Origin: a virus
IMG/VR virus record: IMGVR_UViG_3300033149_002674
Coordinates: 3,971-67,970 of that record
Length of the DNA stretch: 64,000 nt
Reading direction: 5' to 3' (one strand)
Shown one piece after another: positions 1-10,900 of this stretch. Made by a program: the position numbers and the translations under genes. The first letter of the stretch is position 1; each line of letters opens with the position of its first letter. The notes beneath the pieces were generated by a model. That model saw nothing but the letters and a program-made list of their open reading frames with translations, was not told the origin of the DNA and searched no databases.

Positions 1-345
1 AATATTTCTTGTAGGATAAGAAAGGCTATTAGGAAAAACGGCGAATCCATGGTTGATATATTGCCGTATACCATTAAGGAATTAAGAATGCATTTGGAAT
101 CACAATTTGAGTCACGGATGACTTGGGATAATTGGGGTAAGTATAGTCCAAAAACCTGGGATGACAATGATAAGTCAACTTGGACTTGGCAAGTTGATCA
201 TATTGTTTGTCAATCAGATTTGCCATATGATTCGATGAAGCATACTAATTTCAAGAAGTGTTGGTCGCTTGATAATTTGAGACCTTTAAGTGCTAAGCAG
301 AATGTAATGGATGGCGTTAATAGAGTAAGGCATGGTGGTGTATAA
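1..345 (+). CDS. HNH-type (homing) endonuclease, 5'-truncated at the window edge
   Basis: Frame 1 is open from base 1. Contains MTWDNWG...WQVDHI...CWSLDNLRPLSAKQN, a DHI...N beta-beta-alpha-metal motif. Paralogue of 17860..18591. Confidence 0.75.
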   Translation, partial: NISCRIRKAIRKNGESMVDILPYTIKELRMHLESQFESRMTWDNWGKYSPKTWDDNDKSTWTWQVDHIVCQSDLPYDSMKHTNFKKCWSLDNLRPLSAKQNVMDGVNRVRHGGV

Positions 346-2498
346 TGGTGTGCGATCCCAACTCGAATTCGCTTAACCCACCTAACCTTGGTCCACCACC
401 AGATGGTTATTTTGGGCCGATCTTTGCTCCGCCACAGATCCCATTCCCAGACATCTCTTTGCCTGAGGGAATACCTAATGATATACTAGATATATTAAAT
501 CAAATATTTCTACAGATACCAGGAGGAAGAATAATACCAAATGTTGACGGAGCATTTGATTCTGTCTATGACGCTGTAGGCAAGCTAATGAATGCTTTTG
601 CTCCATACATGGCTTTCTACTCCTTCATTCAAGCCCTATTAAACATAATAATATGTATAATAGAAGTATTATGTGCATTGATAAACCCATTTAAGGTTAT
701 CAAGGCTATAAGAAGATTGTTTAAGCAATGTATTCCAGACTTTTTATCTATGTTTCCATGGATTGCTCTGATTGCAATGATATTAGCATTCATACTAATG
801 CTATTAGCTCTTATTGAGTATTTAATAAATACAATTATTGCTCTTATTAATGACATTATCGCAAACATAACTACTCTTGCTGAAGCTGTTCAGATTGGTC
901 ATGAAGAGGGAATTATAGCTGTTACTACTAAGCTATCTTCTTTGCTTTGCTTTATTGAGCAGCTTTTTGCTATGCTTATAGCATTTCAGGTTATCTTTGT
1001 TATTATCAAAGCTCTTGCTGAATTAGGAGGCTCTAAACCCTGTAAGAGAAAGGGCGGTGACTGTTGCGATGACGAGGTTTGTCCTCCGTTTATTGGAGAT
1101 TTTCCAGATGGTACTACTGGTGTATTTGGTCGTTTAATATATCACAACAGGATAAACTTGAATGTTTCCACTCTGGGAATACCCGCACTAGAAGATTTAG
1201 TTGCCCCACTAAGATCAGAGAGGTGGCAGTTCGTTGATGATCTTGACTCTCCTCAGTATCCTTTCAACGATATAATTACACCAATCAATGATAATATTTT
1301 TTGGCCTCAAGGTTTAGTGTTGCAAAAGGGAGATAATCTTAAAAATACAGTGCCTTATACTGTTAATCTTAGATTAGCTTTAGATCCATCCGTATTTGTT
1401 GACTCAAATGGAGATCCTATAAATAGTAATAATGGATCTTTTACAGGCTATAGGTATTTTAGAGTTGATGATGTTATACTAGTAAGGCAGCCTTACAATG
1501 GTATATTGAACTATGAAAATAATTTAGATTTTGGAGATGATGCCCCCTCTCCATTAACTGGAACATCTTTCGGTGATAATGATGGAACAATTAAATTAGT
1601 GGGAGGCCTTGTATATGAAGATGATGGAGTAACACCATTTAATGTGGATGGAGAACAAGCTACAATAGATACCTTCATTCACAGAGGTACACAAACTTCT
1701 AGTAGCCTTCCTTCATCTGAAGATGGCTATCAAATCTCTAACATAGAATGGAATCTAAAACCAAACCATCCTGTTCTTATGAAATATCAGCTTATTACTG
1801 CTGGTTGCCAGCCTGATATTCAGGCTGAAACTAATGTTGTTGATTTGACAATACCAGACCCCACACCTGTTATAGATATATTAGGAGAGGAGGGATTGCC
1901 AGATCTTGATACGGCTCTTGAATGTTTGAATACAGCGATAAATGATTTTAGACAAGATGTTTCTCTAGAAAAAGCTGCTATTTTTCAAAATTCAGTAGTT
2001 GGATGTTTAGAGGATCTGAGAGACCAATCCATAAGGGTTTTTGAAAGAGGCCTGGCTGCTGGAGTTTCCACTTACAAGTCTGAGTTTACACTAGATCCAG
2101 AAATTCAATTTATTGATAGACCAATACAGGTTGCAGTTACCCTAAAAGATGCCGGTGGTAATGAGCTTGCTAATAATATACCTTCACCTGTTGATGAAAA
2201 TATTGCTTCTCTACTTAAAGGAAAGGTAACTTTTGGTTCTATATCTGATTTTTCATATGATGGATATAGCCTTTTTCTAGCAGATATAACATCTTCTTTG
2301 CCCGGTTCTGGAACAGCTCAAGTATCATTTGACGGAGACTTTTTATCGGAAGTTTTGAATCAGGATGATATTGATGCTCAGTCTGAGATATCAATAATTA
2401 CGCTTCCTTATCAGTTTGTTGGTGGAGACGGTGCTGGCGGTGTTAGGCCAGATCCTCTTGCACGTCGCGATGAGACAGATGTCTCCAAGAATGAATAA
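345..2498 (+). CDS. Putative virion/baseplate-associated protein with hydrophobic helical N-terminal region, Cys cluster and beta-rich C-terminal part
   Basis: 717-aa ORF at the head of the baseplate gene run. Long Ile/Leu/Ala-rich helices at about aa 85-225, then KPCKRKGGDCCDDEVCPP. Three DGY motifs. Confidence 0.5.
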   Translation: MVCDPNSNSLNPPNLGPPPDGYFGPIFAPPQIPFPDISLPEGIPNDILDILNQIFLQIPGGRIIPNVDGAFDSVYDAVGKLMNAFAPYMAFYSFIQALLNIIICIIEVLCALINPFKVIKAIRRLFKQCIPDFLSMFPWIALIAMILAFILMLLALIEYLINTIIALINDIIANITTLAEAVQIGHEEGIIAVTTKLSSLLCFIEQLFAMLIAFQVIFVIIKALAELGGSKPCKRKGGDCCDDEVCPPFIGDFPDGTTGVFGRLIYHNRINLNVSTLGIPALEDLVAPLRSERWQFVDDLDSPQYPFNDIITPINDNIFWPQGLVLQKGDNLKNTVPYTVNLRLALDPSVFVDSNGDPINSNNGSFTGYRYFRVDDVILVRQPYNGILNYENNLDFGDDAPSPLTGTSFGDNDGTIKLVGGLVYEDDGVTPFNVDGEQATIDTFIHRGTQTSSSLPSSEDGYQISNIEWNLKPNHPVLMKYQLITAGCQPDIQAETNVVDLTIPDPTPVIDILGEEGLPDLDTALECLNTAINDFRQDVSLEKAAIFQNSVVGCLEDLRDQSIRVFERGLAAGVSTYKSEFTLDPEIQFIDRPIQVAVTLKDAGGNELANNIPSPVDENIASLLKGKVTFGSISDFSYDGYSLFLADITSSLPGSGTAQVSFDGDFLSEVLNQDDIDAQSEISIITLPYQFVGGDGAGGVRPDPLARRDETDVSKNE

Positions 2499-2507
2499 GG
2501 TTGATGT

Positions 2508-4199
2508 ATGGCTGATTTTCCAGATAGAAAAATTGATTCAGAACTTGATGATACCCAGGGCGTTGAGCTTAACATATTCAAACTGTATGATAAGTTCATC
2601 TCACCTATTGAGGGTATGCGTTCTTTTTCTGCTGCGCCATCGATAGATAGGCCAGTTATAGCTGATGGTGATTTTGTATCTAACGATGCAGCTAACGCTG
2701 CTGAGTCAGACCCAACCCAGCCTCAGGAGTCAAGGACTCATGCATTCTATCGAATGATTGGCTTCCCAGTGGTGAATGATGCTGGCGCTTTCTACAATCC
2801 AGGTTACGACCCTCTGGTCAAAGCAGATGAGAGAGTGAAGACATACAATATCTCTTCATCTATTTCAGACCCAGTAAAGCTTGCACACTCACTTAGAGAG
2901 ACAGATGTTAGAACAAGGCTATCAATATTTTCAAGGAGAGCAGTAGATGCATCTGTATATGCTGTTGCTATGGGTGTACCACAGGGTGTGAAGCCATTTC
3001 TTCAAATGGATGATACAGAAGGTTTCGACGCTATTACATCTCTTGATGAGCAGAAGTTCTCAGTGCCAGATAGAAAGAAGTACATCGAGTCAAGGTACGA
3101 AAGAAGAGATGGTCAGCCTATCACTAACTTCTTTCAGGGTGGTACTCATATTCTTAGGCCATTCAATGTTGATCCAAACATTGTTGACTCAGTTACTGGG
3201 CTTCCAAATGAGACCAGACATGTTGCCGTTCCATTCTTGCCGTTAAAAAGAGATACAGCAATCGATAGAGATATTTTCACCAAGCGTCCAGCGATTGAGT
3301 TCATCTTGAGACTCAGGCTTACATCACAGCCTGACAACGGATTGATTGGTTTGATTCTTGGTGGAACAGAGGAAACACTACGGGGTGAATTCACAAACTC
3401 TGAAGTATCAGAGGTTGTATCGGCGCTGCTTGATCAAGATGGCGCAGATATCTCAAATGCTGATATCATAAATAGATTAAAGAATGCCTCTGAAATTGAG
3501 CTTATAAATCTTAATAAGCTAGTTAAGACAATCAAGGGTGTTGTAGGATTGCTTGCAGATTCTATCGATGAGATATCTGAGGTATCAAAGAAGATCAACT
3601 GGAAACCACTTCCTTTGGCCACTGGACCCGAGAGGGGCTCAGATATCACTCCTCTTTTGAAAACACTTCAGCAAACAGAGCTTGAGAAAAGGATTTTGAA
3701 CCTATCTATCAGGGCTGATGAGGGTAAGAGGCAGGGTACACTATCTAATACCAATGCTTTTGCGTCAGAGGAATTTCATCTTTCTGGGTATGAGAACGTT
3801 GAGAAGACTTGGGACCGTGAGCTACAGGAAGAGAAAGAGCAGAGAGATAACCAGCAAAGAATAGGTTCTAACGCTCTATCATCTGTTGAAATAATCACTG
3901 GGGAGATTTCCGGCCTTGGTCTGATAGATATACTGGCGATCTACACTGCATTATGGGCCATAGATATAGAGGTATTAATATCTATGCTTGACGAGCGTGC
4001 GTTCAATAGGATGCGCAATTTCAATCCAGACTTAAAAACTGCTGCAGAAAATTCCACAAGAATAAGCATAAATGAGGCAATGCAGACATTCGAGAGACAG
4101 GTTATTAACATTCTATCTTATGCTGATAGGATTTTGCAGCAGAAATTGGGATCACCAGTTAATTCGGAAGGCGGTAACGTACCAAGAGTGGAGCTATAA
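2508..4199 (+). CDS. Hypothetical protein, probably structural (baseplate region)
   Basis: 563-aa ORF with an AAGG RBS, coupled to the gp25-like gene by TAATG. No recognisable motif. Confidence 0.55.
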   Translation: MADFPDRKIDSELDDTQGVELNIFKLYDKFISPIEGMRSFSAAPSIDRPVIADGDFVSNDAANAAESDPTQPQESRTHAFYRMIGFPVVNDAGAFYNPGYDPLVKADERVKTYNISSSISDPVKLAHSLRETDVRTRLSIFSRRAVDASVYAVAMGVPQGVKPFLQMDDTEGFDAITSLDEQKFSVPDRKKYIESRYERRDGQPITNFFQGGTHILRPFNVDPNIVDSVTGLPNETRHVAVPFLPLKRDTAIDRDIFTKRPAIEFILRLRLTSQPDNGLIGLILGGTEETLRGEFTNSEVSEVVSALLDQDGADISNADIINRLKNASEIELINLNKLVKTIKGVVGLLADSIDEISEVSKKINWKPLPLATGPERGSDITPLLKTLQQTELEKRILNLSIRADEGKRQGTLSNTNAFASEEFHLSGYENVEKTWDRELQEEKEQRDNQQRIGSNALSSVEIITGEISGLGLIDILAIYTALWAIDIEVLISMLDERAFNRMRNFNPDLKTAAENSTRISINEAMQTFERQVINILSYADRILQQKLGSPVNSEGGNVPRVEL

Positions 4200-4630
4200 T
4201 GTCTTTTGATTTGAAACTAGAACAAGGTGATATTCAGATTTCTGCAGAATCTGACCTCGCTATTGTTGAAAACGGTGAGAAATTAACTCAGGATGTGCTT
4301 AAAGTTGTTACAACACAGCTTGGAGCTAACAAAAGATTCCCTTGGTATGGCTGTCCGCTTACCCAGTCCATGATTGGAAGGGCTTTTGATTCTGTTTTCA
4401 TCAGCTCAGTTGCTAGCAATCAGCTCAGATTTAGTATCACAAACCTCCAGCGCCTCCAGCAAGAGCAGATTACGAACGATCAGGTGGTTACTAATCAGGA
4501 ACAAATTGCTGCAGTTCAAAATCTTTCTGTAAACCAGAACCCTATTGACCCCAGGTTCTTCAATATAGATTTAACAGTATTATCAAAGGCTTTCCGCCGA
4601 GTCAATGCATCCTTTTCAGTAACCCTTTAG
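4199..4630 (+). CDS. Baseplate wedge protein, gp25/GPW-like
   Basis: 143 aa. DL...GDI...L.QD.LK...T.LG...FPWYG pattern and C-terminal DPR...IDLTV strands; lies immediately upstream of the baseplate-J-like gene. Confidence 0.75.
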   Translation: MSFDLKLEQGDIQISAESDLAIVENGEKLTQDVLKVVTTQLGANKRFPWYGCPLTQSMIGRAFDSVFISSVASNQLRFSITNLQRLQQEQITNDQVVTNQEQIAAVQNLSVNQNPIDPRFFNIDLTVLSKAFRRVNASFSVTL

Positions 4631-4634
4631 TACG

Positions 4635-4670
4635 CATTAAAGAACATATTAGGGAGTCCTCTGATATATA
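4635..4670 (+). promoter_or_regulatory. Candidate promoter motifs: CAT-N7-CATATT and TGATATATA
   Basis: Intergenic. The AT-N7-CAT arrangement recurs at 45255, 56829 and 62469 upstream of structural genes. TGATATATA recurs at 17844. Confidence 0.35.
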
Positions 4671-4696
4671 AAGTACTGAATTTTAAAGGGATGTGA

Positions 4697-7600
4697 ATGG
4701 TAAGGGTACGTACTGTAGATGAATTAATCCTAAATGCCATAGATTTTTACAAAACAGCAAGACCGCAACTGGATACAAAGCCAGGAACGGTTTCACGAGA
4801 TTTGTTAATCGATGGTCCTAATACTCAGCTTGCTAGAGTATATGATGAGCTTGCGCGTATACGTACAGCTCAGTCTTTGCGTTTGTCACTAGGTTCCGAC
4901 CTAGATAATCTAGCTAATAACTTTGGAGCAGTCCGTAAGCAGGGAACAGCTGCTTCTGGAACTGCACTCTACACGTTCAATGCTGTAGAGGCTGATATTG
5001 CAATTAATGTAGGCGAGACTGTTGTTGCATCGAACGGTGCATCATTCAGAGTTACTGCAACTGTGGTGGTGTCTCCTGTTAATGCTAATCAGTATAGAGC
5101 AACCGCATCTAAGTTTAGAGGAGACTTGGACTTTGCCGGTATTTCTGATGAATTTGCTGTTCAGGTTCCTGTGGAGGCTACAGGCCCAGGTCTCATTGGC
5201 AACATCTCTAAATACGCTCTTGTTACTGCTACAACACCTGGCGTATCTAATGTAACGAATGCATCCCCATTCTCTGGAGGCTCAGCAGCAGAGTCGGATC
5301 AGGCTTTCAGAAACAGAGTCCTTTCAATATTCTCAGGAGCTAACACGGGTACTGCGCTCGGCTACAGGAATGCAGTTCTTGCTGACCCACAGGTTCTTGA
5401 CGCTTTGGTTGTTGAACCTGGCGACCCTTTAATGACTAGAGATGGTACTCAGGTCATTATTGCAGAGGATGGAACAAGAACAATTGTCTCAGAGGGAACT
5501 GGCGGCAAGGTTGATATCTATGTTCAAGGTATCAGACTCACTCAGATTCTTGACTCGTTCATATACAGGGACCAGTCAAACAGAAATGACCCAACGGATC
5601 CATCTAACGATTTTGTCCTTGGACAGATTGAAGGTGATGAGGGTAAGACTGTATCAAGAAAGAGAATAGAAAACCTTGAGAATGAAGTTCTTCCAGACCA
5701 GCCTGTCAACAATGTGACAGAGGTTTCGGGTTCTACTTCTGGCGCTAACTTTACAGAGAGAGTTACAGACTCCCTTGGTAGAGTTACTGGCAACTATGAA
5801 CTTGTCAGGGATAGTGGTGCTTTTGGCGGTTCTCCTTGGGGCTTCGACAGACTCCGTTGGATTGATGATAGAATCAGGAACTTCTCTGAGGATCAAAACA
5901 AGGGTCGTTTCAATGGTCAGGATCCAACAACATTCCCTGACGTAACCAGAATTGGTACAACGACTCAGAACGTTCAGGTAACGAATGAGAATTCAACAGT
6001 CTCACAATCTGATAGGTCTTCCATTCAGCTTAGCCACAATCCAGTAACTGCTGTCACTAAGGTATTCAACCTTACGACAGGCGAGCTTTATGAGGTCACT
6101 GGTCAGAACCCTGACGGCACAGGCTCAATCAATGAGACCGGAAGGATTACAATTAGAGGTAACACCCTTCCTGCAACATCTGATATTCTTCAGGTGGATT
6201 ACACATGGATCTTCGACTACAACCCAGACGTTGATTTCGATAATAGACTTACAAATCAGAACCCACGTTCTGTTACTGACTCCGTTGACTGGGGTTTCTC
6301 AAACGCAGTATCAAGAGAGGAATCAATTGTAACTGCTACGGGATCTCTTCTTACGGTTGAAGTAACCCACCCAATTACATCAGTGATATCTGTAAACACA
6401 TTCGTGTCCGATACATCAACTGTACAGCTTATCTCTGGACGTTTGGGCGTTGTCGTATCTCAGGAAGTTGCAAACGTTGTGTCCGTTGTTAGAACACTGG
6501 ACTCAGCAGAGCTTTTTGATACCAATAGAGATGACGGCTCCTTCTCAGGGTTCACGATTTTCTTGCCAACCGATACGGTTGCGCAGGTAGGAGATGCAGT
6601 GTCTGTGGTGTATAATGCAGTAGATACATTCACAGTCAATTCAGTGACGGGCTCATTCAGTGATAACATAATCACCTTACCATCAAACACAGATGTTACC
6701 GCTGGAACTATTGTAGAGGTTAACTACATTGCAAATGTTAGAACGCTTCTACCGCAGACATTGCTACCTTCACTGCCAGCAATTAGGAACGGAAACTCAT
6801 TCCAGACTAATACTCTAGCGCTAACTGGAACCCAGCCTACTACTCATATATTCTCTGGAACAGAGGTTGTGCAGAACTTGAGAAAGGCTCCTTCTAGATT
6901 GCAGCTATCAATAGCTGGTTCAATTTCACCAGGTACTATCACTGTATCAGGAACCTCATTTACACGAGTTGCTGATGCGGTATTCACAGTATCGAATGCT
7001 GGTCTTACACATGACCTCTCATCTGTTATTAGAGATGCTTTACAGCTTTCATCTACAGACCCAATCCCAGCGTCAGTATCTGTAACTAGAGTTACTTTCG
7101 TTGAAAAGGTTCAGGCAACAGATTCTTTCGAGGTTCTATCGGTAGATAATACCTTTGACTTAAAGGGTTACGGAATAAGAGATAACACTTATGATAAGTC
7201 AGAGTCTATTCAGGTTCCATCTCTTACTTCTACAGAGTTTAGAATACCATCTACACCAGATAATAATGAGAACGCTCCAAATATCGGAGATAAGCTAAGA
7301 GTTACATTCTTTATTGGAATTACATCTGACTCAGAAAACGTTTCTTTCTCTCAGTCAGGAACTCTTTCTACTCAGAAGAGATTCGCAATTGTTGATTCAA
7401 TCTCAATCTCATCTGGTTTCACATCGGCTACTTCAAGTTCAGCAACCCTTACTGTGAACAACTTGAACCAGCCAACTGCGGGTAGGAGATATTCTGTTGC
7501 TTATGACTACATAGCTCCTAAGTCTAATGAGAGAATTACTGTTAGGTATAACAAGAATGCAGTAATCTCAGACTCTACTTTCTCAGTTGAGGATGTAAGA

Positions 7601-7936
7601 CCAATTTCTGCAGATGTTTTGGTCAAGGCAGCTACACCACTGGTTATAGATACAGAGGTAAGCATCATTGTTACTACAGCGTTCAACAACTCCACAGTTA
7701 TTGTTCAGCAGAACGTGGCAGATGCAATCACTTCATTCTTGAACTCCACTTCACTAGGAAACAAAATCGACAGGTCCGACATTATTAACGTTGCATACAC
7801 AGTATCCGGCGTTGATGCTGTAGAGGTAATATCGTTCAACCTAGAGAATGAAGCTGGAAGTGTAAGATCTATATGCGCTGAAAAGAATCAGTATACGCAA
7901 GCAGGTTTGATAACGGTAAATGTTGGAACTAGATAA
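4697..7936 (+). CDS. Baseplate J-like (T4 gp6 / Mu gp47-like) protein with a large central insertion
   Basis: N-terminal DTKPGTVSRDL, LDNLANNFGAVRKQGTAASG, GLIGN, FSGGSAAESDQAFRNRV. C-terminal AITSFLNSTSLGNKIDRSDII...VSGVDAV. All typical of baseplate J. Confidence 0.85.
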   Translation: MVRVRTVDELILNAIDFYKTARPQLDTKPGTVSRDLLIDGPNTQLARVYDELARIRTAQSLRLSLGSDLDNLANNFGAVRKQGTAASGTALYTFNAVEADIAINVGETVVASNGASFRVTATVVVSPVNANQYRATASKFRGDLDFAGISDEFAVQVPVEATGPGLIGNISKYALVTATTPGVSNVTNASPFSGGSAAESDQAFRNRVLSIFSGANTGTALGYRNAVLADPQVLDALVVEPGDPLMTRDGTQVIIAEDGTRTIVSEGTGGKVDIYVQGIRLTQILDSFIYRDQSNRNDPTDPSNDFVLGQIEGDEGKTVSRKRIENLENEVLPDQPVNNVTEVSGSTSGANFTERVTDSLGRVTGNYELVRDSGAFGGSPWGFDRLRWIDDRIRNFSEDQNKGRFNGQDPTTFPDVTRIGTTTQNVQVTNENSTVSQSDRSSIQLSHNPVTAVTKVFNLTTGELYEVTGQNPDGTGSINETGRITIRGNTLPATSDILQVDYTWIFDYNPDVDFDNRLTNQNPRSVTDSVDWGFSNAVSREESIVTATGSLLTVEVTHPITSVISVNTFVSDTSTVQLISGRLGVVVSQEVANVVSVVRTLDSAELFDTNRDDGSFSGFTIFLPTDTVAQVGDAVSVVYNAVDTFTVNSVTGSFSDNIITLPSNTDVTAGTIVEVNYIANVRTLLPQTLLPSLPAIRNGNSFQTNTLALTGTQPTTHIFSGTEVVQNLRKAPSRLQLSIAGSISPGTITVSGTSFTRVADAVFTVSNAGLTHDLSSVIRDALQLSSTDPIPASVSVTRVTFVEKVQATDSFEVLSVDNTFDLKGYGIRDNTYDKSESIQVPSLTSTEFRIPSTPDNNENAPNIGDKLRVTFFIGITSDSENVSFSQSGTLSTQKRFAIVDSISISSGFTSATSSSATLTVNNLNQPTAGRRYSVAYDYIAPKSNERITVRYNKNAVISDSTFSVEDVRPISADVLVKAATPLVIDTEVSIIVTTAFNNSTVIVQQNVADAITSFLNSTSLGNKIDRSDIINVAYTVSGVDAVEVISFNLENEAGSVRSICAEKNQYTQAGLITVNVGTR

Positions 7937-10900
7937 TGCCAAACTTAAGGATCATTGGAATAAATGCGGCGGATTCACGCACAATAAAGGTTAAGTTTTC
8001 AAATACGCTTAACCCAGCTATATCTGCGCAAAACGTTAGGGTTGTTGGTAAGCAGGAGTCTACTCCTGATGCTCAGGTTAGGGCAGCAATCGTTGCGGGT
8101 GATATCCTCAATATCACAGTGCTGCCAATGACTCCATTCGTTAAGTATGATGTTATCTTTACATCTGCTCCATCATCCCCATTCAATTCGGAAGACGGTA
8201 GAGACTTCTTGGTCGAAGACGGAGTGGAGAATGTTAGAGAGGTTCTTGGAGCAGAGGACCCTTACAACATCTTCAGAGATAATCTTGTTGAGCTTCTTCA
8301 GGGTCAGCCATACGTACCAGAAAAGGGAACGTTCATTAGAACCATGTTCAATGAAATCTCTAACGGTATGCTTAGGGCTCAGAGAGATATCAGGCAGTCA
8401 AAGAATGACAACTACTTATCCCTATACGTAACAGACGAAAGAAAGAGAAGAGCTTATGGTCCATACGATAGGCTTGCTCAAGAGGGCGCTATCAGGGTTG
8501 ATAGAGTAGGCCTCACTGAGTCAAATCAGACTCTCAAAGGCTCTATTCCATTCGAGTCCTTTCCTTCAGACATCATTACCCTACAGCGTCAGTTTGTAGA
8601 AGATGAGAGACTGATAGCTGGCTCTGGTCCAGGTACGTTTGATAGGTTCGTTCTATCCCTGAACAACTTTCCTGTAACAAAGCTTACATCCGTTCAAATA
8701 CTTTACCAGAACGGGGATGTGTTCAATTACGATATCAGATCTTATGGGTATCAGATTCAGGACCCAAAGTACGATACAGCTTTTGCATCTACACTTCTCA
8801 CTCTTGAGGAGAATCAGGTAAAGCTAAATGAAGCTATTCTTGAAGATGACACATTCAGAGTTCCAGAGAATGGTGACTTTGTTGCTGTTAACTATGAGTA
8901 TAAGTCAACTGGTAGAATTATTGATGATGCATCAGTTGCAGTAACTCAGGTTCTCTCTGCGGTAAGGCAGGCAACACCTGCACTTGTAAACGAGTTCTCA
9001 CTTGGTCATGCGCCAGTTGTGGATGCGTCCGATGTTATCCCAACTATAAATGGAGTACAGTTCTTGGACCCAAACTCTGACGAGCCGTTCAAGACAATAC
9101 ACCCAGCGTTTATATCTGAAATTCCCTTTAGAGCAGAGTCCCTACCAAGGAACCCAGGAGAGTTTTCTGTAGATTATCCTAATGGTCGTGTGTATGTTTA
9201 CGGTGCAGAGACTAATGATGGCACCGGAGTATTCCCACCAGCAGCATCATTCTTCTATAGAAACTCTTTCAGAAGAGATTTGGATTACACTTATAGAGAT
9301 GAGACTCGTGAGCTTGTTGCCTCTCCTCTAAGAAACCTTGCAGGTCAGAAAGCAAAGATCACATTCTTGTTTGAGCAGACTCTTGTAGAAGGAGTTGACT
9401 ACAAGACCGGAGTTCATCACGAAGAGCTTTCGGAGAGAATCGAGAATCGTCTCATTTCAGGAAACTCACTCAGAGTAAAGAATGCTCCTGTAACAAACGT
9501 TTTCAGAATCTTTAATGAGACTACTGGAGAAATCTATCGTCTTAACAGATTCGTTAATGACAAGATTGTGTTCTCGGCAAACAGACCTCCAAATGTCGGA
9601 AACGATACTTTCGAACGTTCAACGTTTGCATTGGCAACCAATGAGCAATTGATTGTGGATTCGGAGCTTACGAATGTTCTTGGAACCAGAATTTACAGAA
9701 TCAACCTTCTCAACCAGAATATTATATCTGGAACAGAAGATGTTATTGGCTCATCTTACAATACTTCTGTAGTGTTCTCTAGAGCAGACATCTTTGATAA
9801 CGAGAGGTACTACGAAGGTCAGTTCCTTGGTGAAGCTGGAAACTACGACAAGCTTACTGTTGGCGAGTACATGGTGGACTACAGAAACGGTGTTGTTTTT
9901 GTAGGCGTAACAAATGCTCAGGACCTAGCTATCGGAACAGTTAACTACAGAAAACCTGAGATATCGCCACAGAACCCACACGTAATCTCTGTGTCTGAGG
10001 TTTACTACTCAATCAATCCAGCGATTGGTATCTCAAAGAGACTAGACTACTCAGGGTTCGAGGACGGGGCGATCTTCCCATCTGTCTTCGACATATCAGA
10101 TGAGCGATTCCTCAACGGTGATCAGACGATGCCGTACCTTGTAATCAATGGCACCATCACTGTACAGGATGATGTAAGAGCTGTTCGTAACATCTTCGAT
10201 AACGAAGACCTGCTCAACAACATAAGCTCAGTTAACTTTGGACCAGGCTCCATGGCGCAGGGCAATGTGATAATGATGAACCCTGCTGGTGTAGAGGTTG
10301 TTCAAAACACCACCGTTGGCCCAGGGCTAACAATAGATATAGATACTGGGTCTCCAGGAATATCGCTCAACACAGCTCTGTCCGTGGTAAGAACCACAGA
10401 CAACCAAGAGCTTCTTGACGGGTATCAGACAATAACCGACAACATAATTACTCTATCCGGAATTTCTGGTGCGGTTGTTGGGGATCCTGTTTCAGTTCTC
10501 CACACCGTTGTTCTTAACAATGCTGCAACACCTATCGTTGACTATGATAGAGGGGAGCACTACATAGACTACTCATACTTGGCTGATGAGATTATTGTGA
10601 GCTATGAGTACGGCGATAATGTTCTTGATTTTAGAGAGTCAACAGCCCTTGATGTAGGTCAAGAGTATTATGTTAGCTATAGAGTCGGCGCTCTTAGAGA
10701 CGCTCTGCTTGAGAACTTTGGTTCTCTTATGGAGATACCAGAGTTAAATTCTTTCGATGTTAATCTTGAAAGAGAAAGGTACAGAGATGCCATGATCGGT
10801 TCACTTCAGTCTTTCACAAGAGGGCCAACCAATCCCTCCATGAAGGATATGATTGCAGAGGTTACCAAGATCCAGCCAGATATTATCGAGGCTGCATTCC

